A DNA stretch of 64,000 bases, from the IMG/VR virus record IMGVR_UViG_3300022925_000005; one strand, given 5' to 3'. A program made the translations under genes and the position numbers. A model generated the notes under the pieces. That model was not told where the DNA came from and did not search any database. It saw only the letters and a program-made list of their open reading frames with translations. This stretch comes from a virus. Of this stretch, positions 9,118 through 18,959 are shown one piece after another (position 1 is the first letter of the stretch; each line of letters opens with the position of its first letter).

Positions 9118-9437
9118 TCTACTAAGTACTTATCACCCTTTACACAAGGGAATTTAATTACAGTTGTTGATACTTCATTGGTTGCTCTAAAATCAGTTGC
9201 ATCACCTGGCTCCATCACAATAATATCACCCTCATTGTACACTTCTAAATTCATAACTACTCTACCTTTAGTAATAATAGTTACCTCAGTTGCTACCTTA
9301 TGGTAATGAGCAGGTTCATAATCACCCTTTTTATAGTTCTTTACAGAAACTTCAAAATCATCGGTTTTAAATAAAGATGGTTCAAAATTACCAACTACCC
9401 ATCCTTTGAAGAAATCATCTAACTTACTTACTTTCAT
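9114..9437 (-). CDS. Cupin-domain protein
   Basis: HYHKVATE cupin motif; KGWVVGNFEP. Confidence 0.75.
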   Translation of the reverse strand: MKVSKLDDFFKGWVVGNFEPSLFKTDDFEVSVKNYKKGDYEPAHYHKVATEVTIITKGRVVMNLEVYNEGDIIVMEPGDATDFRATNEVSTTVIKFPCVKGDKYLVE

Positions 9438-9438
9438 A

Positions 9439-9828
9439 TTACAAATAATCTTCTATTAACAAATCAACTACCATATCATTCCCAACAGCCATTGGAATTG
9501 AGTTTAAATTATCCAATCCAACCCACATCACATCAATATGTTCTTTAGCTATGGCTTTCGAACCATCTATTTTATTAGATGTATCGAAATCTACTAAGTA
9601 GAAGTACACATTATATGGGTCATTTTCAACATTTACATAAAAATTACCTACATTTATCAGAGCATCTAATTCCTCTACCCATTCCCTTTCCAATGCTTGT
9701 TCATCGGTTTCACCAAACTCTACCTTTCCACCAGGAAACTCCCAATGTCCATCTGGCTTTAAACCCAATAATACTTCAGGTAAATTATCATCATATCTAA
9801 TACAAATTCCAGCTACTACTCTTTTCAT
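9439..9828 (-). CDS. Nudix (MutT-like) hydrolase
   Basis: WEFPGGKVEFGETDEQALEREWVEE Nudix box. Confidence 0.9.
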   Translation of the reverse strand: MKRVVAGICIRYDDNLPEVLLGLKPDGHWEFPGGKVEFGETDEQALEREWVEELDALINVGNFYVNVENDPYNVYFYLVDFDTSNKIDGSKAIAKEHIDVMWVGLDNLNSIPMAVGNDMVVDLLIEDYL

Positions 9829-10271
9829 TTTTTATAGTTTTGAATTATATCTGAACAAATACCGATTGTTCCTTCATTAGGTTCTCTACCAAATACTTCA
9901 GGTAAAACTAATATACCTCTATCATACAAATGGGTTGACCAAATATAATTATGTGAAGTTAGGACTCCCAAATCTTCATCGTGTGAGAAGTAATTAAATT
10001 GAATTGATTTCTTCCATGCATATTCATTGAAGTAAGAAAGTGCATCCATATTCTTACAATGAATCCAAAGTGAAGTTGAACGATTTCCCAACCACTCCAA
10101 TGATACTTCATATTGAGGTTCATCATGCCCTAACCATAACTTACCATCTACATACCAAACATCAATCTCCACATCATATCCAGCCTCAATAGCTTCATCT
10201 ATATATGATGGGTGATTTTCTCTATTGGTACGCTTACCTTCTAAGTTTCCTCTATGTGATATTAGTATCAT
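9825..10271 (-). CDS. GDPD/PLC-like phosphodiesterase-fold protein
   Basis: ISHRGN...EN...VEIDV...LGHD...WIHCKN. Confidence 0.7.
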   Translation of the reverse strand: MILISHRGNLEGKRTNRENHPSYIDEAIEAGYDVEIDVWYVDGKLWLGHDEPQYEVSLEWLGNRSTSLWIHCKNMDALSYFNEYAWKKSIQFNYFSHDEDLGVLTSHNYIWSTHLYDRGILVLPEVFGREPNEGTIGICSDIIQNYKK

Positions 10272-11014
10272 TGTAGTTCGTATGGTGCTTTAGTATCTAA
10301 CAATTGTTCTATCTTTGAAATACTTTGATTCAACTCAGGCGTAAAGTTATTAATCCAATACGTTTTGAATATATTTGCAATTATCTTATAAGGTTTTAGT
10401 TCAGTTAGTGGAATAATATCAAAGTTCTCAACCATTATCTGATTCATTTCTTTTTTATGAAATTCTTCCTTATACTTAGCCATAAGATATCCCTTTGTAA
10501 GATTTATCTCCGGTTCCCAATATGAATATCTTTGCCCATCAACCACATGATATATTAATTTGTTATCAAATGCGTATTTAGTAGCACCAAACATAAACTT
10601 TAAGTTTTCAGTTGTAGATGCCATAAGATGGTCTGATATGTGATAAGGAAAATCAGTACCATGTCTAAAGAATACAGGAACTGTCCAAATCTTAGATGGG
10701 TTACTCTCTACCAAATCCCTAATGTAATCTATGTTAGAATAGTACTCATCACCCCTAACCTTTATTACATACTTAGTAGTTACATTATTCAATCCATTTA
10801 TAGTTGATACAAACTGATAGTTCATATTCTGCTCACCACTTTCTTTTGGAAGTTTGGCTTGAATAAATTGTAGGTTATTTGGGAAATATGATAAATCCAA
10901 TGTATGGTCAGACCATGTTGAAATAACAATAGGAAATTGTGGAAATGTTTCCACATAGTAATTGTATGTTTCCTGAGAAATCTTCCCCTGAATCAGTATT
11001 GTAACATCTTTCAT
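10268..11014 (-). CDS. WavE-like glycan synthesis protein
   Basis: DVTILIQG, IVISTW, QFVSTINGL, YVIKVRGDE, HISDH. Confidence 0.65.
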   Translation of the reverse strand: MKDVTILIQGKISQETYNYYVETFPQFPIVISTWSDHTLDLSYFPNNLQFIQAKLPKESGEQNMNYQFVSTINGLNNVTTKYVIKVRGDEYYSNIDYIRDLVESNPSKIWTVPVFFRHGTDFPYHISDHLMASTTENLKFMFGATKYAFDNKLIYHVVDGQRYSYWEPEINLTKGYLMAKYKEEFHKKEMNQIMVENFDIIPLTELKPYKIIANIFKTYWINNFTPELNQSISKIEQLLDTKAPYELQ

Positions 11015-11028
11015 TAAGCAAGTAACCT

Positions 11029-11211
11029 TTATTTCTTAAACTTTATATTGATAAAATTAATTAATCCCGTTATAGTTGGTGCCCACAATCCAATGAATAA
11101 ACCCAATAACTTTTCATCCAATACTAAAAACAAATAAGATGATAATACTATTGATAATAAAACACACAGCAATAGTATGTATTCTGATGTGGTTATATTT
11201 CGGTTCTTCAT
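11029..11211 (-). CDS. Small two-TM membrane protein
   Basis: Hydrophobic helices, FIGLWAPT. Confidence 0.7.
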   Translation of the reverse strand: MKNRNITTSEYILLLCVLLSIVLSSYLFLVLDEKLLGLFIGLWAPTITGLINFINIKFKK

Positions 11212-11229
11212 TTCTATTAATGCGTTGAG

Positions 11230-11367
11230 TTAATATTCATCTTTAAAATAATTCTTTTTGTACTTTTCCTTACGTTTGTAATTAGTACTCTTTTTAACAG
11301 AACCCTTTTTTTTCTTTCTATCAAACTCATCTTCCCATTCATAGGAATCTGAAATATCCTTCTTCAT
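11230..11367 (-). CDS. Small acidic/basic peptide (45 aa, not in track)
   Basis: Manual translation MKKDISDSYEWEDEFDRKKKKGSVKKSTNYKRKEKYKKNYFKDEY*. Confidence 0.55.
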   Translation of the reverse strand: MKKDISDSYEWEDEFDRKKKKGSVKKSTNYKRKEKYKKNYFKDEY

Positions 11368-11370
11368 TAT

Positions 11371-11658
11371 TTAATCGTTAAGTAGTTTTCGGTTTTCATT
11401 ATCTCTGATATCTGCTAATTTGGTAAGAGATTTATGTAATTTTTCTAGCTTTTCAATTTCCTTAGAGTATATATGTGAATCTCTGATAGCTATTTGGTTT
11501 ATCTTATCCTCTAACCTATCCAAATCTTTTTGACAATTAATCTCACCAAGTTTGAGGTCATATTTCATATCACTCATTTGATACATTAATCTAAAAATGA
11601 TTGCAATAGATACTAAAAACAATATTCCAATTGTACCAAATACTATAAAGTAATCCAT
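11371..11658 (-). CDS. Membrane-anchored coiled-coil protein
   Basis: N-terminal TM helix and heptads. Confidence 0.7.
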   Translation of the reverse strand: MDYFIVFGTIGILFLVSIAIIFRLMYQMSDMKYDLKLGEINCQKDLDRLEDKINQIAIRDSHIYSKEIEKLEKLHKSLTKLADIRDNENRKLLND

Positions 11659-11966
11659 TATTTTTTCTTAGGTGTTGCTTTTTTAGGTGTTACCTTCTTA
11701 GCCGTAGTTTTCTTAGGTGCTGCTTTCTTAGGTGCTGCTTTCTTAGGTTTTCCTTTGGCAGCATCTACAACATCCTTTGCTTCTTCAACAACTCTCTTAG
11801 CCCTACGTTTGGTTTCTTTAACTACTGCTTCGGCTTGTTCAATTTTATCTTCAACCACATCAGGAATAAAATCCCCATCAGTATCTTTAATCTTACCTGT
11901 TTTTTGTAGGTAAAATAATACTCCCGCTGAGATTCCAATCACAGCTAAAATATAAATAATAATCAT
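11658..11966 (-). CDS. Membrane-anchored protein with histone H1-like PKK tail
   Basis: N-term TM, DTDGDFIPD, C-term KPKKAAPKKAAPKKTTAKKVTPKKATPKKK. Confidence 0.75.
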   Translation of the reverse strand: MIIIYILAVIGISAGVLFYLQKTGKIKDTDGDFIPDVVEDKIEQAEAVVKETKRRAKRVVEEAKDVVDAAKGKPKKAAPKKAAPKKTTAKKVTPKKATPKKK

Positions 11967-12008
11967 AATTTTAATTTTAAGTTTAATTTAATATAAATAT
12001 CAATCAGT

Positions 12009-12155
12009 TCAAATATACATATGAATATCATCATCTTCTTCAATATTAATAACTCCACTACTTGTTGTAGGTGTGGTATTTGATTGAAGATTTGATAATA
12101 CCATTGTAGCTAAACCGATTAATAAGTTTTTGAAATACTTTTTAATCTTCTCCAT
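12009..12155 (-). CDS. Possible small protein (48 aa, not in track)
   Basis: Manual translation MEKIKKYFKNLLIGLATMVL...MYI* fills the gap. Confidence 0.4.
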   Translation of the reverse strand: MEKIKKYFKNLLIGLATMVLSNLQSNTTPTTSSGVINIEEDDDIHMYI

Positions 12156-12405
12156 ACAATGAATACTTTTTATCGGGTTTTGGTTCTATAATTGTTTGTT
12201 CTGTTTTAATTACATATGTGAAACCCTCTCTAGCATCCATAAAGAATTGTGTATCTCCATTCTTTTGATAAACATACTCCAATACATCTGTCAATGATTC
12301 AAGTATGACTGAAGTGTTGTCTAAGGGAGTCCAACGGTCACCCGGTGGTACTCTCTTAGCAACTTTTACTTTTACCTCTTCGGTAATAACTTCAGGTTCT
12401 TTCAC
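12142..12405 (-). CDS. Hypothetical protein
   Basis: ORF track; RVPPGDRW motif. Confidence 0.7.
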   Translation of the reverse strand: MKEPEVITEEVKVKVAKRVPPGDRWTPLDNTSVILESLTDVLEYVYQKNGDTQFFMDAREGFTYVIKTEQTIIEPKPDKKYSLYGED

Positions 12406-12617
12406 TATTCGATAACTCTTATAATTCTACTCTCACGAGCTCCACTCACTTTATAATCAACATTTGCGCCAGCTTCGGTGAAATCTGAGATAACTCTCGC
12501 TTCTGCTTCGGTTACTGACATAGCATCTACCAAGTAGATTTCTTTGTTTTTCTTGTCTTTACCATTTTTTAGTGTGGCTACCACTACTTCAACTGTTACT
12601 TCAAAATACTTTGACAT
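12405..12617 (-). CDS. DUF4494-like protein (Bacteroidota-type)
   Basis: YFEV...NGKDKK..E.YLVDA.S.TEAEARV pattern. Confidence 0.7.
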   Translation of the reverse strand: MSKYFEVTVEVVVATLKNGKDKKNKEIYLVDAMSVTEAEARVISDFTEAGANVDYKVSGARESRIIRVIE

Positions 12618-12653
12618 AATCTTCGTTTTTATATTTATATATATTGTTAATTT

Positions 12654-12690
12654 ATGTAAAGATACAAAAATTAATTGAATTTACCAAACT
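12654..12690 (-). promoter_or_regulatory. Bacteroidetes-type promoter
   Basis: Minus TTTGGTAAATTCAA...TGTATCTTTACA. Confidence 0.65.
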
Positions 12691-12700
12691 TTTTTCAAAA

Positions 12701-13279
12701 TTAATATTCGTAGTCCTTTTTGGGTCCAGTAAGATTACCATTAATAAGGAATGAGCAGTTAAAACACAACATTCTGAGGTTATCATATAGGTGATTCTTC
12801 TTATCCCCATCGATGAAATCCAATACCAATGGAACTCTGAAATCAGTTACCCTTCTTTCTTCAAATCCACAATTGTTACACTTCTCTAACATATACCCAT
12901 TATCCAACAATCGTTTCTTTAATTTCCAAGTAGGATATTCAGGATGTTTACCAGCTATGATATCATCTAATCCATGAGCTAATGAATGTGGATTACTACC
13001 CTTACGAATACCAATACCATGTGGATTCTTCAAATCCTCAAAGATACCATATTCTCTAGCGTATTTTTTATATGTGTTATATGATACTCCCAACAATCGT
13101 GCAGCCTCAGCAGCAGAACGTGCTTTTTGCTGAACATCTTTTATTTCAGATTCCATTAAAGGTCTAGCTCCCAAACCTCGTTTGGTTCGTTGCTTAGGTG
13201 CAGCCGATAAATCTTTAGTAGGGTCTAAGTGTGGAAACAACTTTCCACCATCTTCTTCATTGTTTATAACTTCTTCCAT
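12701..13279 (-). CDS. HTH plus degenerate HNH zinc-finger protein
   Basis: AAEAARLLGVSYNTYKKY HTH; CNNC...LDFIDGD..N...NLRMLCFNC. Confidence 0.7.
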   Translation of the reverse strand: MEEVINNEEDGGKLFPHLDPTKDLSAAPKQRTKRGLGARPLMESEIKDVQQKARSAAEAARLLGVSYNTYKKYAREYGIFEDLKNPHGIGIRKGSNPHSLAHGLDDIIAGKHPEYPTWKLKKRLLDNGYMLEKCNNCGFEERRVTDFRVPLVLDFIDGDKKNHLYDNLRMLCFNCSFLINGNLTGPKKDYEY

Positions 13280-13370
13280 TATTATATACTATTTTAAGTT
13301 TCTGTTCTTATGTATATAAATATAGAGTAATCTCTTTTTCATACACAAAACTTAAATTTCTTATAGTACC

Positions 13371-13404
13371 ACTAATATACGAAAAAAGGTTGGAATATCC
13401 AACC
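13371..13404 (-). promoter_or_regulatory. Bacteroidetes-type promoter within inverted repeat
   Basis: AAAAGGTTGGA-ATA-TCCAACCTTTT palindrome, minus CGTATATTAG. Confidence 0.7.
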
Positions 13405-13434
13405 TTTTCTCTAATTTGTTTTATGTTAAGTGAT

Positions 13435-14541
13435 TTACTTAATAGCGTATCTAGCTTCTTTAGTATCCCACTCCTGCTTAGGCATGTAACCAAATGATTC
13501 CACACCCTTTATAGTTAACATCCTATCTGAGTTTTTGTTTTTAAATAACTCAGCTCCTCTCTTAGATGCATGTACTTTGATTAAGCGTTTACCCTTCATA
13601 GTATCAACATAAGTTACATACTCATTGTTAGCTTCCTCAATTGATTCTGTCATATTTGCTGTAATCTCATCAGGTGCATTATCCTTAACCCATCTGAACA
13701 ATTTATCTTTCCAAAATTTTTCTGGGAAGATTCCACCACCAGCTTTTTTAAGTGGTAGAGATAGGAATCCCTTTACACCACCTTTAATAGTTTTACCATC
13801 TTCATCAGTATAAAATACAGTATTTTCTGGGTTGTTAAGTATTACATCCACTCTACCATTCATTCCTTTTGGAAGTGCTTTAGTTATCAATCCCCAAACA
13901 GTGTTTGCCGCACCAATGTGTGTTTTTAATAAGATATCTTCAGGTACCATTCTTGCTCTACTCTTATTGTTAACCATTGCGGTAACAAAGTTTGTAAGTA
14001 CCCAAGTTAAGTGAATGTTATCTGCTTTGTATCCAACGTTTTTTAACTGAGCTATTACATCCGTTATTGATGTTACTTTCTTTGCAGTGATATCGAATAA
14101 TATGTTTGGAAGAGTTTTTGGATTAGATTTCCCACTCAATAAAGCTGTCAACGATTTATCTTTGATACCCATTGCATCTACCAATTGATGTAGAACATAT
14201 ACGTGGTCTGGATTTGTAAGTTCTAAATCTGCCAACTTATATCCATCTTTTTTAACTTTGTTAATTAAATCCAAATCTTTAGGTGTGATATTTCTACCAT
14301 ACTTTTTAATTATAGAATCAATACTCAACTTACCCATTCTATTTAGGTCTTGAAGTTTGCTCTTAGTTTCATCAACATCCCTAACTCTAAAAGATGATGA
14401 ATCTAAAAAGTTTTTAATGGCAAATCCCTTTCCACTACCAGCTCCACCTGCAACGAATACCACCTGTCCATATGGTTTTCTATTACCATAGGTGATTAAC
14501 TTCTCATTTAATACTTCTTCTGTTATCTCTTCAAAAATCAT
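13435..14541 (-). CDS. P-loop NTPase/kinase (zeta-toxin/AAA_33-like)
   Basis: VFVAGGAGSGKG Walker A, NILFDIT, N..R.R.VP lid motif. Confidence 0.7.
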   Translation of the reverse strand: MIFEEITEEVLNEKLITYGNRKPYGQVVFVAGGAGSGKGFAIKNFLDSSSFRVRDVDETKSKLQDLNRMGKLSIDSIIKKYGRNITPKDLDLINKVKKDGYKLADLELTNPDHVYVLHQLVDAMGIKDKSLTALLSGKSNPKTLPNILFDITAKKVTSITDVIAQLKNVGYKADNIHLTWVLTNFVTAMVNNKSRARMVPEDILLKTHIGAANTVWGLITKALPKGMNGRVDVILNNPENTVFYTDEDGKTIKGGVKGFLSLPLKKAGGGIFPEKFWKDKLFRWVKDNAPDEITANMTESIEEANNEYVTYVDTMKGKRLIKVHASKRGAELFKNKNSDRMLTIKGVESFGYMPKQEWDTKEARYAIK

Positions 14542-14583
14542 TTTATTATTCCTTTATTATATATATTAAAATTTTAGAAAGTT

Positions 14584-16191
14584 CTATCTTTCTTTGATAC
14601 CTATATTGAAATTCATAGATATCCCACCACTTATTGTAACTGGTGTTGGATTTGAGAATGGCATATGTAATACTTTAGCCACACCGCCCTTCAAACTTCT
14701 ATCATTTGTCCAATCGTTTCCAGTACCAGTATTTAGAATTGCCGAACCAGCATTATCCAATAACCATTGCTTTGCTTGGGCTGGAGTCCATTCTGGGTGT
14801 AGTTCCAACATACACGCCAACACACCTGCTACTTGAGGTGATGCCATCGATGTTCCACTTATATTTGTTTGTCTGAACGATGAGTTTAAATAGTAATTCT
14901 GAGAACCACTGCCCCATTTGTTTGTAGTTGATGTTGCACTCATAATATTGGTTCCGGGTGCGTAGATATCAACACCGGGTCCACATTCAGATGATGTTGA
15001 TTTTCTATCGTTTGTTACATCATTAACTGATGAATCCATATTACCTACTATGATTGCTCTTGGTGAACCATCATTCAATGCATCTCCATATGGAGAAGAA
15101 CCTCTATGATAATACTTAACACCATATGTTGAATGAGTCCAACTGTTATTATAATCAGTTCCACCAATCTCATCTATCTTATTACTTCGGTTCCCCGCAG
15201 CAACACATATATGAACCCCAGCTTCTAATAACTCTTCAATATCAGTATCAACAGATACAATTCTGTTGTTAGCTGCATAGGTTGGTGTTAAATCAAATAA
15301 AGAATACATTAAACCATAGTTATTTTCTCTCTCCGATGTTGAATCAATTTGAGTTCCACTATAATCCGCACCTCTATAAGCAATGGTTGTGATTTCAGCG
15401 TTTGTAAATGTACTCAGAAATCCCCAACTCATATTTACAACAGTTGGTCTTTTATATCCAGTTATTGGGTCAATTGATTTAGCATTATGCCAACCTTTAA
15501 TAGCATCAAACGCATTTGTATATGATATACCAGTTCCAGAATCAGTACTACCCTCTAAACCTGCTATCTTTTGATGAAGTACTTTGGCTCCTCTAGCAAA
15601 TCCAAATGTTTTACCGGCAGCAATACCAGCACAATGTGAACCATGTCCATCGTAATCTCTATCGTGATTTACATTTTGAGTAAATGCACCTCCACTATAA
15701 GAACCCCAATCTACCGATTCAAATCTATCAGCCCATTCTGGATGGTCTATCTGAATACCACTATCTTGTATTACAACATCAACACCTTTACCAGTTAATG
15801 TGTATGTGTAACTTTCAGATGTGGTTGTGCTTGTACCATAATTATTATCTTTGGATAATGTTCTGATTAATCCCCAATTTTGATAAGTACCACTATCCGA
15901 TGTTGTTTTGGTAAATGTACCTTCTTGAGTTGCTCTTGGTGTAAGTATAATATCGGGTCTATCTTCAGGTGGAATTTCTACTGCAAGAACTCTTTCATCG
16001 TTTCTTACAATATCAGCCTCTTCTTCACTTAATGTGTACCAAGTTTGTCTTTGTGAATTTAATCTTAGATTGGGTGAATCAACTCTACGATTGGGAATGT
16101 ATAAATTACCCCCATCGTTTTCGTTTTCCATATCATCCCAAAAGGATTGATAATCTACATCCTTTCTAAGTATTACATTATAAGTTACCAT
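14584..16191 (-). CDS. Subtilisin-like serine protease (S8)
   Basis: Triad motifs IQDSG, HGSHCAG, GTSMASP; oxyanion AAGN. Confidence 0.92.
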   Translation of the reverse strand: MVTYNVILRKDVDYQSFWDDMENENDGGNLYIPNRRVDSPNLRLNSQRQTWYTLSEEEADIVRNDERVLAVEIPPEDRPDIILTPRATQEGTFTKTTSDSGTYQNWGLIRTLSKDNNYGTSTTTSESYTYTLTGKGVDVVIQDSGIQIDHPEWADRFESVDWGSYSGGAFTQNVNHDRDYDGHGSHCAGIAAGKTFGFARGAKVLHQKIAGLEGSTDSGTGISYTNAFDAIKGWHNAKSIDPITGYKRPTVVNMSWGFLSTFTNAEITTIAYRGADYSGTQIDSTSERENNYGLMYSLFDLTPTYAANNRIVSVDTDIEELLEAGVHICVAAGNRSNKIDEIGGTDYNNSWTHSTYGVKYYHRGSSPYGDALNDGSPRAIIVGNMDSSVNDVTNDRKSTSSECGPGVDIYAPGTNIMSATSTTNKWGSGSQNYYLNSSFRQTNISGTSMASPQVAGVLACMLELHPEWTPAQAKQWLLDNAGSAILNTGTGNDWTNDRSLKGGVAKVLHMPFSNPTPVTISGGISMNFNIGIKER

Positions 16192-16202
16192 ACGTTATAG
16201 GT

Positions 16203-18953
16203 TTATACGAATGCGATTTCTTTCCATTCAGTACCATTAAAGAACCATAGTTTAGAATCGGAATCTATACTACCACTATTCATAATACTACCAGTGACCG
16301 GAGATGTTGTTGGTTCTCCTATGGTTTTTCCTAAAGTCAACATATAGTTAACAGTAATATCAGCCGATGAAGATAAAATCACACCACTACCTGCGGCGGT
16401 TAGGTTAATACCACCACCATCTATATTAACAGCGTTAGTAGCTGACATATCTAAGTCAGTTGCTGAATTTATGGTTGGTGTACCCACATCACCTGCTATA
16501 AATGAATCAGCGGTTACCGTACCTAATACAGTTATAGAACCACTCACATCCACAGAACCTTTAGTATCCAATGAACCAGTTAAAGTATAATCACCATTTA
16601 AAGCCTTACTATGTGTGAATTCTTGCTCAACCGAATCATATAAAAGTATATCCCCATTTGCTACATCAATAGTTATATTACCAACATCGGATAATTCACT
16701 TAATTGAGTTGCTCCACTTGCCGCATCTAATGCGTTTATCCTACTATCAAATGATTGAGATACAGTAGTTAACGTAACATCACCACTTACACCACCAATA
16801 ACTACATTTCCAATTTGTAAATTGGTTTCTGATAAATCATATGATTGTGATACCACACCAAAAGATGCTTCGGTTAATGCGGTTGTAGATAGTGATGATA
16901 ATTCAACAGTATTATTAAATGCGGAACCCTGTCCAGTAAAAGTTAAAATTGTTCCACTTAATTGTACATCCGATACATAATCTGCTCCACCACCGGCACC
17001 TTCAACAGCTTCAAATCTGTCAGCAACTGATGCTGAGAATGAACCTGTAAATGTATTTAATTCATTAATACTATTATCTACTGAACCAGTTCTGGCTTCT
17101 AAACTATCAAATCTAGCAGTACCACTACTAACTTCAACAGCCGTTACTCTATCTGAGAATGAACCACTATCTACTATCAATGAATCAACCGATGCTGATA
17201 TAGATGCCGAATGATAATTCAGAGATGCGGTATGTGCTAGTATATAATCACTAATACCCGCTGATAAGTTAAAATATGGTATTGATTCAACATCAGAACC
17301 ACTTGTTATAGAAACACCATCACCAATAAAATATGGTAATCCATTTAAGTTAGAATAACTAACCTGCGTTGATGATGATATTAGTGTTATAGGGTTTCCT
17401 TCACCATCAAATGCACCACCATTTAGTATAGATGCAGTTACATCACCTAACGTTGTTTCAGATACTCCAGAAATTCCAGCTATATCAGATGCAATAGATG
17501 CGGATAGTTCGGTAAATGAACCTGTTATATTATCATTAAGTGCAAAAGATGATGTTGAATCGGTGGTAACAAATCCGTTTTCTACTATCTGAGTAGAACC
17601 AGATATGGTTCCTTGTGGTAAAACACTAGCTATATCAGATTCTTGTAAGAACCCAAAATTAGTAATTTGAAGTGATGATGATAAAATACCTTCACTTAAA
17701 GATACAACTCCATTGAATGCATTATTTTGACCAGTGAATGTTAATTGATTTTCCGAAAATACTACATTCGATATGTAATCACTACCACCACCAGAACCAA
17801 ATCTACTGTCTAATGATTCTGAGAAATCTATGAATTTGAAATCTTGCAATCCCGTTCCCAACTTTACATCGGTTAGGATTATATTTGATTCACCTGGCAA
17901 ACTAACTGATTGTGATATGATGTGGTAATCAGCATCATAAGCAACACCAACTTCACCCCCACCACCAGGAGTAACTTGTATTTCAACACTTTCACCATAA
18001 TCATTACTAGCAGATGATATTGATACCAATCCCAATCCAACAAATCGTACAGATGATGAAACAAATCCAAAATCAGTTATTTGTTGAGAACCAGAAATAG
18101 TTCCATCAACAGACCCACCACCTCCAGCAGTTTCTAATGTGGTTACTCTACTCTCAACAGATGATGAGAATGAACCAGTAAATGTATTTAAAGATGTGTT
18201 GTTATTATCTACTTCAGCTGATTCTAATGTAGTTACTCTACCATCGATAGAACCGGTGAATGTGTTTAATGAGGTTAAATCGGTTGCGGCTGGTGTTGAT
18301 ATTGTTACAGTTACCTCACCATTACCATCATCTGATAATGAGGAAATACCATCAAAATTTAATTTAGTTACATCACTAATAGAATCACCCGCGATATCTT
18401 CAACAGTAAATGAACCAAGTCCAATTGTTACATCACCACCACCATTATCAGTTAAAGTGCCACCACTTAAATTAATAGTATTAACGGAAGTGATATTGGT
18501 TCCACCATTTATAACAGTTAATGAACCACTATTGATAGATACATCGATATCACCACTACCATTATCAATTACATTTGCACCATATAAGGTAATGGAATCA
18601 ACATTACTTACTGAAGTTCCACCACCAATAACACCTAAATTGAAAGTAGCAGGTAATGAACCACTAAGAAGTCCTAATGAATCAATTTTAGTTTGTACCC
18701 TTGCATCGGTATAATATTGAGCAGAACCTTCCGGTATATCATCGGTATCTAATGCGTTGATTGTATTATTTAAAGCAGAAACTGCATTAGTTAACTCAGT
18801 ATCGGTTGCAACATCTGAATTAGTAAATGCCTTAATTGATGACATTTGTGTTTTTAAAGTAACTCCACCATCCACAACAGGAACTATCGTAGCTCCTTGA
18901 ATAGAGCCGGATGCTAACTCATTTAACGCCGATATTTTAATATTTTCTGCCAT
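16203..18953 (-). CDS. Large Ser/Gly/Thr-rich virion fibre-like protein
   Basis: N-term IKISAL; internal repeats LNTFTGS x3, DYxSxV...TFTGQ..AFN x2; C-term LWFFNGTEW. Confidence 0.65.
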   Translation of the reverse strand: MAENIKISALNELASGSIQGATIVPVVDGGVTLKTQMSSIKAFTNSDVATDTELTNAVSALNNTINALDTDDIPEGSAQYYTDARVQTKIDSLGLLSGSLPATFNLGVIGGGTSVSNVDSITLYGANVIDNGSGDIDVSINSGSLTVINGGTNITSVNTINLSGGTLTDNGGGDVTIGLGSFTVEDIAGDSISDVTKLNFDGISSLSDDGNGEVTVTISTPAATDLTSLNTFTGSIDGRVTTLESAEVDNNNTSLNTFTGSFSSSVESRVTTLETAGGGGSVDGTISGSQQITDFGFVSSSVRFVGLGLVSISSASNDYGESVEIQVTPGGGGEVGVAYDADYHIISQSVSLPGESNIILTDVKLGTGLQDFKFIDFSESLDSRFGSGGGSDYISNVVFSENQLTFTGQNNAFNGVVSLSEGILSSSLQITNFGFLQESDIASVLPQGTISGSTQIVENGFVTTDSTSSFALNDNITGSFTELSASIASDIAGISGVSETTLGDVTASILNGGAFDGEGNPITLISSSTQVSYSNLNGLPYFIGDGVSITSGSDVESIPYFNLSAGISDYILAHTASLNYHSASISASVDSLIVDSGSFSDRVTAVEVSSGTARFDSLEARTGSVDNSINELNTFTGSFSASVADRFEAVEGAGGGADYVSDVQLSGTILTFTGQGSAFNNTVELSSLSTTALTEASFGVVSQSYDLSETNLQIGNVVIGGVSGDVTLTTVSQSFDSRINALDAASGATQLSELSDVGNITIDVANGDILLYDSVEQEFTHSKALNGDYTLTGSLDTKGSVDVSGSITVLGTVTADSFIAGDVGTPTINSATDLDMSATNAVNIDGGGINLTAAGSGVILSSSADITVNYMLTLGKTIGEPTTSPVTGSIMNSGSIDSDSKLWFFNGTEWKEIAFV

Positions 18954-18959
18954 CTTTGT

